Below, in pieces: positions 1 to 7,293 of a DNA stretch of 31,055 bases (its first letter is position 1; each line of letters starts with the position of its first letter). The notes beneath the pieces are model-generated. The model had not been told where the DNA came from. It worked only from the letters and a program-made list of their open reading frames with translations, and searched no databases. Both the position numbers and the translations under genes were made by a program. The stretch is from a virus (lineage: Duplodnaviria > Caudoviricetes): positions 1-31,055 of IMG/VR virus record IMGVR_UViG_3300012352_000046; one strand, written 5' to 3'.

Positions 1-2
1 AG

Positions 3-1019
3 GACACCTGGGAGAAGGTACTTGATGGTACCCTTTCAGGTTTTTCAATTGGCGGCAGAATGAACAAGTGGGATGATGCCTACGACGAGAAGATGGATTC
101 AACCATCCGCATCATTAAAGAGTATGACCTCGTAGAGCTGTCTCTAGTAGACACCCCAGCCAACCAGTTCGCAAACATTTTGTCTGTTGAGAAGGTTGAT
201 GGCAAGGACACCGTTAAGGGTGTTGACACAGAAATTGAAAACGTATTCTGGGACAAAGAGTCTGGCGTAGTAATCCTCTCACAGAATGAAGCTGAGAAGT
301 CTCCAGCTTCTGGGGAGCCAATGCAAAATATAGGTTTCGTTGAAAAAAATGATAACGAAAAAACAGATATGATAAAGTTCTTAGTTGATAGTGCTAAAGG
401 CATTAATACAATTGAGATTATTAAGGAGGCAAGTCCTATGACTGAAACAACAAATGACATCACAGAAAAGTCTGATGATGTAGTTGAAGAATCACAGGTC
501 GCTCCAGAGGCAGATGCAGCAGTTGAAGCAGCAGATGTGGCAGTAGAGAAGTCAGCAGACGCTGACGAGGATGACAAGCCTGGTTCTACCGTACCTGAAG
601 AGGCAGACGACATGTCTGGCGAAGAGGACGACAAGAAGGAAACAGAGAAGTCGGACACTACTGATACAGAAGTTGAGACAGCTGATGAAGTATCTAAGTC
701 AGATGACACAGTAGAAGCATCTATCGAAGATGTTAAGACTGTCATCACAAAGGCCTTTAGCGATCTAACTGCAGTAGTTCAGGCACAAGCTGAGCAAATT
801 GCAGAACTACACAAGTCTATTACTGAAGTAAAGAATGAGGTAACTTCAAGTAAAGACGTGTTTAACGAGTTTGGAAAGAGAGTGGACGCTGTAGAGGCTG
901 ACACCGCTTTCCGTAAATCTGGTGATCTAGGCGAGATCATTCAGGAATCTCAACCAGAAAAGGTTGAGAAATCCCTATGGGGCGGTCGTTTCCTCAAAAC
1001 TGCCGATTTATTCAAATAA
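3..1019 (+). CDS. HK97-family prohead protease fused to an acidic scaffold domain (5'-partial; begins upstream of the window)
   Basis: The frame is open from position 3 (DTWEKVLDGTLSGFSIGGRMNKWD), so ATG60 is not the start. GFSIGG and ELSLVDTPAN match the prohead protease Ser and Glu motifs. The C-terminal half is acidic and coiled-coil-like, and the gene lies just upstream of the capsid gene. Confidence 0.9.
   Translation, partial: DTWEKVLDGTLSGFSIGGRMNKWDDAYDEKMDSTIRIIKEYDLVELSLVDTPANQFANILSVEKVDGKDTVKGVDTEIENVFWDKESGVVILSQNEAEKSPASGEPMQNIGFVEKNDNEKTDMIKFLVDSAKGINTIEIIKEASPMTETTNDITEKSDDVVEESQVAPEADAAVEAADVAVEKSADADEDDKPGSTVPEEADDMSGEEDDKKETEKSDTTDTEVETADEVSKSDDTVEASIEDVKTVITKAFSDLTAVVQAQAEQIAELHKSITEVKNEVTSSKDVFNEFGKRVDAVEADTAFRKSGDLGEIIQESQPEKVEKSLWGGRFLKTADLFK
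385..412 (+). promoter_or_regulatory. Putative sigma70-type promoter inside the protease gene
   Basis: TTGATA(385-390)-N16-TACAAT(407-412) in an AT-rich patch, just before SD AAGGAGG (423-429). Confidence 0.5.
438..1019 (+). CDS. Nested in-frame capsid scaffolding protein (internal start)
   Basis: SD AAGGAGG lies 8 nt before the in-frame ATG438 (MTETTNDITEKS...). The product is the acidic and coiled-coil part only. Confidence 0.7.
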   Translation: MTETTNDITEKSDDVVEESQVAPEADAAVEAADVAVEKSADADEDDKPGSTVPEEADDMSGEEDDKKETEKSDTTDTEVETADEVSKSDDTVEASIEDVKTVITKAFSDLTAVVQAQAEQIAELHKSITEVKNEVTSSKDVFNEFGKRVDAVEADTAFRKSGDLGEIIQESQPEKVEKSLWGGRFLKTADLFK

Positions 1020-1046
1020 ATAAAAATCACTTAGGAGGTGACAATT

Positions 1047-2183
1047 ATGTCGGAAGAAATTAAGAAAAACAATCCAGATTCATCAGGTAATGATTCTGGT
1101 CTATTTAATGGAGAAGGTGCGTTTGCATCTGGTTCAGAAGCTGGAGCTAACATCCCAGGTAACTATGCTACAGCAGGTGTCCTTGGAAACATTGCTACAG
1201 CGAACCTAGGTACAACCTCTGGTCCAAATGCTATTAACCCTTCAGGTGAGGCAGGTTCAGGTATCCTACGCCCAGAGCAGGCACGTCGTTTTATTGACTA
1301 CGTGTGGGATGCCACTATTCTCGCCAAGGATGGTCGCAGAGTAACAATGCGAGCAAACACCATGGAACTCGAGAAGGTTAATGTTGGAGAGCGTGTTATC
1401 CGTGCAGCAGCACAGGCTAACGGTGACTACACTAACACTGGAGCAACATTCTCAAAGGTAGAGCTTACCACCAAGAAGATTCGCTTGGACTGGGAAGTAT
1501 CTGCTGAGTCACTAGAAGACGGAATTGAAGGAGGTGCCCTTGAAGATCACCTAGTTCGTTTGATGACAAACGCTTTTGCTAATGACATCGAAGATCTAGC
1601 TATCAATGGTACTGGAGATTCTGGCGACGGTGCATTCCTTGGAATTATGCAAGGATTCACTGACAAGGTAACCACCAACGGCGACGCACACGAAGCTGTT
1701 GTAACTGTTGCAGACAACGCATGGACAACCGATGCAATGCAGAAGATTATTCTTGCAATGCCTCGCAAGTACCGTGCACTAAAGTCTAACTTGAAGTTCT
1801 ACGCTGGAACCGATGCGTTCCAGGGTATCATCAAGAACAACGGTACTTTGGCTGACGCTATTGCTGAGGCATTTGCAGGCACTCCTGCAGGTACTCCAGC
1901 TAACCGCCAGGCATACCTTGACGGTGGAGCTCAGACATTCGGTGGAGCACGTACAACCCGTGTTCTAGGCATTGATGTTCAGGAAGTTCCTTACTACCCT
2001 GCAGGTTATGTAGACCTTACATTCCCTCAGAACCGTGTATGGGGATTCCAGAGAGACATCACTGTAAACCGTGAGTACAAGCCAAAGAAGGACACCATTG
2101 AGTACACCGTATTCGTACGTTTCGGTATTCAGTGGGAAGAAGAGGACGCCATTGCGTTCGCTGATGCTGGTGCAGAGAGCTAA
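1047..2183 (+). CDS. Major capsid protein (HK97 fold)
   Basis: 378 aa, follows the protease/scaffold. Motifs GILRPEQARRFIDYV, EDLAING and ITVNREYKPKKDTIEYT. SD AGGAGGT (1033-1039) favours ATG1047 over GTG1038. Followed by a strong terminator. Confidence 0.92.
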   Translation: MSEEIKKNNPDSSGNDSGLFNGEGAFASGSEAGANIPGNYATAGVLGNIATANLGTTSGPNAINPSGEAGSGILRPEQARRFIDYVWDATILAKDGRRVTMRANTMELEKVNVGERVIRAAAQANGDYTNTGATFSKVELTTKKIRLDWEVSAESLEDGIEGGALEDHLVRLMTNAFANDIEDLAINGTGDSGDGAFLGIMQGFTDKVTTNGDAHEAVVTVADNAWTTDAMQKIILAMPRKYRALKSNLKFYAGTDAFQGIIKNNGTLADAIAEAFAGTPAGTPANRQAYLDGGAQTFGGARTTRVLGIDVQEVPYYPAGYVDLTFPQNRVWGFQRDITVNREYKPKKDTIEYTVFVRFGIQWEEEDAIAFADAGAES

Positions 2184-2203
2184 TCTCTAATCAGTACCTT
2201 TTA

Positions 2204-2237
2204 GGGGGGCAGGAGTTTCGGCTCCTGCCTCCTTTTT
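2204..2237 (+). terminator. Rho-independent terminator after the capsid gene
   Basis: GGGGGCAGGAGT-TTCG-GCTCCTGCCTCC hairpin followed by TTTTT. Confidence 0.9.
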
Positions 2238-2245
2238 AATTAGTC

Positions 2246-2254
2246 TGTTATAAT
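2246..2254 (+). promoter_or_regulatory. Extended -10 promoter
   Basis: TGtTATAAT directly after the terminator, with no recognisable -35. SD AGGAGG at 2263-2268. Confidence 0.7.
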
Positions 2255-2273
2255 TAATATTTAGGAGGTTATT

Positions 2274-2774
2274 ATGTCAGAAGATCTAAATAACAAAGCA
2301 AAAGAGGCAAAGATTGCCGAAGAAGAAATCATCGAAGATTCTAAAGTTGAAGACACTGTCTCAGAGATAGAAGAAGATGTTGTAGAAGAGCTAGCAGAAG
2401 AGCCAGCAGAAGAGCTACAGGAAGAGCTAGAGATTCCTAAGATAAAGGAAGCACCATCAGTCTCTCCAAACGTTATCGCTACACCAAAGCCAGTAGCTTC
2501 AGAGAAGCCAGGTCTGGGATACCTAGAGAATGGCGTTATGGGGTCAACTACTGTACCAAAGAACTTTGACAAGAAGCCAGCCAAGTCTCCATCTGTAAAG
2601 AAGGAGTCAGAAAAGGTTGCCATCCACTCAACCAAGAATGTAACTTGGAGTGAAGTCGGTAAGGTATACCGTGGTTACAATATCGTAACAAAGGAGCAGG
2701 CTGACAAGTGGCTTACTCGTGACCACATCAGACTAGCGACCCCAGAAGAGGTTGCCAAGGAGTTCAAGAACTAA
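2274..2774 (+). CDS. Hypothetical virion-associated protein (acidic low-complexity N-terminus, compact C-terminal domain)
   Basis: Strong SD, located between the capsid and head-tail genes, TAATG overlap with the next gene. Confidence 0.75.
   Translation: MSEDLNNKAKEAKIAEEEIIEDSKVEDTVSEIEEDVVEELAEEPAEELQEELEIPKIKEAPSVSPNVIATPKPVASEKPGLGYLENGVMGSTTVPKNFDKKPAKSPSVKKESEKVAIHSTKNVTWSEVGKVYRGYNIVTKEQADKWLTRDHIRLATPEEVAKEFKN
2385..2432 (+). repeat. 4 x 12-bp imperfect coding tandem repeat
   Basis: gaagagctagca/gaagagccagca/gaagagctacag/gaagagctagag, encoding EELA EEPA EELQ EELE. Confidence 0.8.
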
Positions 2775-3682
2775 TGGAAATTTTGAGGGTTCCACCATAT
2801 CCTATTACGACTACCTGGGATTTACCAGATGCCAACTACGACTACATAGTCTATGTTGAGGATTTGGTGGACCACTCAATTGAAGAGACAACAATCACCT
2901 CAAGCTCTACTGGAGTTGTAACATATACTCTTCCAGCATCTAAGGTTCAGTTCGACAGACAGTTTCTTATTCGTTTTTATGACGAAGAGCACGAGCACAT
3001 CATATACGAATCTAACCTAGATGTTATTCGTCCATACACCAATCCAAACGATCTAGGCACAACAGCCACCGAGGTCAGGGAATACAAAAAGTGGGAGCTA
3101 ATTGCTCGCTCACTTATCGACACATATACCAACATTGGATTCTACAATCACAAGTCAATTTTGCAGGTAGTTGGCAATGGCCTAGACTACATGCCAGTGT
3201 GGAGAGACGCAAATCGTGTACTAAAGGTATACGAAAACAATGTTTTGATATATGATATTGATACCCCAGATGACAATGTATTTAATTATAGAGTAACCCT
3301 AGATAACTCTGCAATAGTTAAAGAGTTCACTGGCCAGACTAACTTAATTACCACACCATCCCCGACATTGCCAATATCTCGTGGCGACTACGTCTATGAC
3401 GACAGGAATTATGGAACTTTTGCAAAGGGTGCAGACTACCTGTTTGTTCTAGACGAGGGATTCCGTGCGATTCCGCCAGACATTCAGTATGCTACCGAAA
3501 TGCTTATGGATGACCTTAAGTGCGGAAAGCTAGACTACTACCAGCGTTATGTTACATCATATAACACTGACCAGTTTAGACTACAGTTCGACAAGACAAT
3601 GCTCAACGGAACAGGGAACGTAATAGTAGACAAGATACTTGATAAGTACATGAAGTCTATTACCAAAGTCGGAGTTCTATAG
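2774..3682 (+). CDS. Probable head-tail adaptor (connector) with an N-terminal beta-rich extension
   Basis: Position after the capsid. Adaptor-like segments IARSLIDTYT, GFRAIPPDIQYATEML and VDKILDKY. Confidence 0.65.
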   Translation: MEILRVPPYPITTTWDLPDANYDYIVYVEDLVDHSIEETTITSSSTGVVTYTLPASKVQFDRQFLIRFYDEEHEHIIYESNLDVIRPYTNPNDLGTTATEVREYKKWELIARSLIDTYTNIGFYNHKSILQVVGNGLDYMPVWRDANRVLKVYENNVLIYDIDTPDDNVFNYRVTLDNSAIVKEFTGQTNLITTPSPTLPISRGDYVYDDRNYGTFAKGADYLFVLDEGFRAIPPDIQYATEMLMDDLKCGKLDYYQRYVTSYNTDQFRLQFDKTMLNGTGNVIVDKILDKYMKSITKVGVL

Positions 3683-4137
3683 TGCACACCGCTACCACCG
3701 AGAATACAGACTTTACTTTTCCAATGTGTATGGATATCTTTTATCCTACGATTGAGCAGGGGTCTCTCGGAAACATCAAAAAGCACTGGATCCACGATCG
3801 AACCGCTGCCTGCTCAGTGTCTACAGCTGGTTCAGCATTTAAAGAAGAAGTGACCCCCAACGTAAATATCAAGCAAGAGCTAGTAGTTCTTGGAAGACTA
3901 AGAACAGACATTAGAATATCGGCCAGAGAATCAAATAATGCCATTACTAACGTTATCGTTAGCAATATCAAAGACAGATCTGGGCAAAGCGTCTACAACG
4001 AGACTGCTGGCCCAAGAGCTGGAAAGGCAACCATATTTGAGGTGGCAACAGTGGAGCCATTTGTTGGTCCATTTGGGTCAATAGAGTACTACAAGATTGT
4101 TTTGCGTAGATCAGAGAACCAGGCGGCAGACATCTAA
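3682..4137 (+). CDS. Probable head-closure (stopper) protein
   Basis: 151 aa, beta-rich, GTG start overlapping the previous stop (TAGTG); assigned by gene order. Confidence 0.55.
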   Translation: MHTATTENTDFTFPMCMDIFYPTIEQGSLGNIKKHWIHDRTAACSVSTAGSAFKEEVTPNVNIKQELVVLGRLRTDIRISARESNNAITNVIVSNIKDRSGQSVYNETAGPRAGKATIFEVATVEPFVGPFGSIEYYKIVLRRSENQAADI

Positions 4138-4805
4138 TGATATCCGTTAAAGTTAATAATAAAAAGTTTATGAGAGATATGAATAATCTCATGGGGTATA
4201 GCATTGGCTTCATGACGGGCGTGAAGCGTGGTCAGGGGGTATTCCTAAAGGGATTTGGAGAAACTGTGATCGAGGCACTAAAGCTTTATGTAGACTCTAA
4301 TGCAAGAGTTTCCCCACAGCTACTGCATCACGTATATGAGTGGAACGAGACAGGATCCCCAGAGGCCAGACTGTTTGAGGTTAGGTATTTGGTTACTGGG
4401 GTTGGCCTATCCGTAAGCTCTAAGTTTTCTCAGTCAAAATCGATAAAGGCTGGGTCAAGAGTGCCGTTCTACGATAAGGCAAGAATTATGGAGGACGGAA
4501 TTCCAGTAACGATAGTTCCGAAGAACAAGGTTCTTGCGTTTACTATAGATGGTCAAGATGTGTTTTCTAGCACACCAGTAAGAGTATCTAATCCTGGAGG
4601 AGACGTAAAGGGCGAATACGAAAGAGTCTTCGACAGCTTCTTTAATCTATACTTTAAGCAATCTTTCTTAGCATCTACTGGAATTCTTTCATACTTGGAA
4701 AACCCCGTTGATTTTGCAAAAAACTTTTCTAGAGGAAAGTCTGGTGGGTATAATACTGGTCTCAACGTCGGGGCCAGATGGATCGCAAAGGCAGGAATCT
4801 TATAA
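4137..4805 (+). CDS. Probable neck / tail-completion protein
   Basis: Lies between the stopper and terminator genes; basic protein; TAATG coupling. Confidence 0.5.
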   Translation: MISVKVNNKKFMRDMNNLMGYSIGFMTGVKRGQGVFLKGFGETVIEALKLYVDSNARVSPQLLHHVYEWNETGSPEARLFEVRYLVTGVGLSVSSKFSQSKSIKAGSRVPFYDKARIMEDGIPVTIVPKNKVLAFTIDGQDVFSSTPVRVSNPGGDVKGEYERVFDSFFNLYFKQSFLASTGILSYLENPVDFAKNFSRGKSGGYNTGLNVGARWIAKAGIL

Positions 4806-5446
4806 TGGCAATATCTTATCCACCAATCTTTATTAATGCCTACTTGGCAGAAAAGGTACCAGCTACCCTAGGCACAGGCAGGTTCTCAAGGGACACCATG
4901 AGATTCTTTCCAACACTGCCCACAGACATAAACTCCCTGACTGAAACATTTCCAGATGTTGCCAATGATGTTTTTGCGGTATACGACAGAATGTTTAAAA
5001 TGCGTAGACGAGCATTCCCACACATAAAAGACGAGCAGCTCCTGTACTACTTCTATAAGATGCATGGAGATCCAGTAGACCTAATTGAAACATCTCAGGT
5101 GGTCCAGGACCTACTTGACCGTGGAGACGAGTCAGCACAAGAGCTAAATGAGTGGCTGAGAGACAAGCAGGCTTCTGCTACTCCACTGGTAGATGACCGT
5201 GGAGACAAGTATCCGCTAGTCTACTTCCATGATGTCAAGATCTATCAGCTAGAGGAAACAAGGGACATTATCGATTTCGGCACAGCTAGAACATTTGCTG
5301 GGAACAAGATTATTATAGATTACTGCTACCACTCGGTTGGTTATAACAAGACAGCCAGAGACGAAGCTATAGTCCTAAATAACGATGGAAATGAGAATAA
5401 CGATATCCCAGTTCCTCCAGTAACCTACAATGGCACCGCCTTGTAG
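4805..5446 (+). CDS. Probable tail terminator protein
   Basis: Last gene before the major tail protein. Start revised to ATG4805 (TAATG overlap, upstream GCAGGA) from 4778. Confidence 0.55.
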   Translation: MAISYPPIFINAYLAEKVPATLGTGRFSRDTMRFFPTLPTDINSLTETFPDVANDVFAVYDRMFKMRRRAFPHIKDEQLLYYFYKMHGDPVDLIETSQVVQDLLDRGDESAQELNEWLRDKQASATPLVDDRGDKYPLVYFHDVKIYQLEETRDIIDFGTARTFAGNKIIIDYCYHSVGYNKTARDEAIVLNNDGNENNDIPVPPVTYNGTAL

Positions 5447-5456
5447 TCATAAATGC

Positions 5457-5465
5457 TGGTATACT
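5457..5465 (+). promoter_or_regulatory. Extended -10 promoter for the major tail protein
   Basis: Intergenic TGgTATACT. SD AGAGGTGA at 5507-5514. Confidence 0.7.
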
Positions 5466-5520
5466 TAGACTTGAGGAAACACAGCCCTCTAATTCCATAA
5501 AGAAAAAGAGGTGAATTATT

Positions 5521-6144
5521 ATGGCATATACACGTGGAACAAGTGCTAACATCATTGTTGGTGCAGCAGCACTTTTTACATACGAAGCAGGTACACTAAC
5601 TGATTCGGATCTACCAGCGTACGCAACAGCAACTTCTTACAAGGACACGCTGTCAGACGACTCTGACTTCCGTAACGTTGGTTATACAATGAACGGTCTA
5701 GAACTACAATTCCAGCCAGACTTCGGTGAAGTACAGGTGGACCAGGTTCTTGACGTTGCTAAGCTCTACAAGCAGGGTATGCAGGTTAACCTGAATACTA
5801 CATTTGCAGAGTCAACACTTGAGAACCTGTTGTTCTCACTTGCAGGCAAGGATGCAGATCTAAGCACTGTTGCAGGAAACCCTACACTAAACCTATCAGC
5901 TGGTGACATTGGAGAATGTCCAGTTGAGCGTGGTCTAGTTGCAGTTGGTCCTGGTACAGGTGACTGTGAAATTGGTAGCTCTCTAGAGCGTGTTTACGTT
6001 GCATACCGTGCACTTTCAATCGAAAGCGTTACAGTATCAGCTAAGCGTGACGAAGCAACCATGTTCGAGGTATCTTTCAGACTCCTACCAAATGACTCAG
6101 CGTCATACGGTAAGATCGTAGACCGCACAATCCCAGCTTCATAA
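5521..6144 (+). CDS. Major tail (tube) protein
   Basis: 207 aa. NIIVGAA...VGYTMNGLELQFQPDFGEVQVDQ and a terminal FEVSFRLLP fit siphophage tube proteins. Upstream of the chaperones and TMP, with its own promoter and terminator. Confidence 0.88.
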   Translation: MAYTRGTSANIIVGAAALFTYEAGTLTDSDLPAYATATSYKDTLSDDSDFRNVGYTMNGLELQFQPDFGEVQVDQVLDVAKLYKQGMQVNLNTTFAESTLENLLFSLAGKDADLSTVAGNPTLNLSAGDIGECPVERGLVAVGPGTGDCEIGSSLERVYVAYRALSIESVTVSAKRDEATMFEVSFRLLPNDSASYGKIVDRTIPAS

Positions 6145-6165
6145 AAACTAAATAACAATTTAATA

Positions 6166-6204
6166 GCAAGCCGTCCAGTTTAAACGCTGGGCGGTTTTGC
6201 ATTT
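6166..6204 (+). terminator. Rho-independent terminator after the major tail gene
   Basis: GCAAGCCGTCCAG-loop-CTGGGCGGTTTTGC hairpin with a T-rich 3' arm. Confidence 0.75.
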
Positions 6205-6212
6205 GGTATACT
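6204..6212 (+). promoter_or_regulatory. Extended -10 promoter, leaderless transcript
   Basis: TGgTATACT ends 6 nt before ATG6219, so +1 would fall on the start codon. There is no correctly spaced SD. Confidence 0.72.
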
Positions 6213-6218
6213 TATAGG

Positions 6219-6902
6219 ATGGCAACTAAAATATACGAATCAGAAACCATCTACACTATGGACAATACTGCCATATACATGACACCACTAAAGATCAAGT
6301 ATTTACGCCAGTTCCTGGAAGAGTTTGACAACGTTAAAAAGGCAAAGGATGACGACGAGGCAATTGAAAGATTGACTCATTGTGCAAAAATAGCAATGCA
6401 ACAGTATCGTCCAGACTTCAAGACTATCGAAGACATAGAGGACAACTTTGACCTAAAAACAATCTATCAAATTATCAATATAGCGGCTGGAATTAAGATA
6501 GACGGAGACGAGGAAGAGCAGCCAGTTTCAAAGCAGGCTGCGGACAGCGGAGCAACATGGGAATCCCTAGATCTTGCAAAGTTAGAATCAGAAGTGTTTT
6601 TATTAGGCATCTGGAAAGACTATGAAGAGCTAGAAAGCTCTATGTCTATGTCAGAGCTAACAGCCACACTAACGGCAAAAAGAGAATTAGACTATTCGGA
6701 CAAAAAGTTCCAGGCATCAATTCAGGGCATTGACCTAGATAAAAATGTTGGTAAGAAAGACGCCTGGGAAGAAATGAAGGCTAGAGTGTTTAGCGGAGGC
6801 AAGACTGGTGACCCAAATGATATTTTGTCTATGCAAGGCGTGAACGCTCAAAAAGCTGGGTTTGGAATAGGAATGGGCCTAAGCTACGAAAGAATAGACT
6901 AA
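6219..6902 (+). CDS. Tail assembly chaperone, long form (gpGT-like, single frame)
   Basis: Between the tube and TMP genes. The N-terminal ~92 aa are homologous to the next ORF, followed by a second domain (LGIWKDYEELESSMSMSEL). Confidence 0.75.
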   Translation: MATKIYESETIYTMDNTAIYMTPLKIKYLRQFLEEFDNVKKAKDDDEAIERLTHCAKIAMQQYRPDFKTIEDIEDNFDLKTIYQIINIAAGIKIDGDEEEQPVSKQAADSGATWESLDLAKLESEVFLLGIWKDYEELESSMSMSELTATLTAKRELDYSDKKFQASIQGIDLDKNVGKKDAWEEMKARVFSGGKTGDPNDILSMQGVNAQKAGFGIGMGLSYERID

Positions 6903-6918
6903 AATAGACTAGTCTGTG

Positions 6919-6927
6919 TGATATAAT
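6919..6927 (+). promoter_or_regulatory. Extended -10 promoter
   Basis: Intergenic TGaTATAAT upstream of SD AGAGGA (6949-6954). Confidence 0.7.
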
Positions 6928-6958
6928 TATTTAACCTACTAAAATGAAAGAGGAACAA

Positions 6959-7267
6959 ATGTCAATTACAATTAGCGAAGAGACTACCGTAGAACTACTA
7001 GACGGAACAAAGCTAAGCCTTAGACCACTAAAGCTATCACTATTGAGACCATTTCTAAAGGAATTTGCAAAGATTCAGGAAGTGGCTGAAGATGATGACA
7101 AGTCAATGGACTTACTTCTTGACTGTGTAGTTATCGCACTTGAGCAGTTCAATCCAGAGCTTGCTAAGGATCGTGCTAAGTTGGAAGACATTCTAGATCT
7201 ACCAACAGTTTACAAGATTGTTGGAGAGGCATCTGGAAACGCTGCACTCCTACCATCAAGCAACTAA
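6959..7267 (+). CDS. Tail assembly chaperone, short form (gpG-like)
   Basis: 102 aa, acidic and helical, directly before the TMP; paralog of the previous ORF's N-terminus. The SD favours ATG6959 over ATG6944. Confidence 0.75.
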   Translation: MSITISEETTVELLDGTKLSLRPLKLSLLRPFLKEFAKIQEVAEDDDKSMDLLLDCVVIALEQFNPELAKDRAKLEDILDLPTVYKIVGEASGNAALLPSSN

Positions 7268-7293
7268 TAATTTAAAAAGGGAAGTGCTAGTTA

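Noticed and set aside
7268-7293. TTTAAAA slippery-like run before the TMP
   Set aside because: It lies after two in-frame stop codons, so it cannot frameshift the short chaperone.
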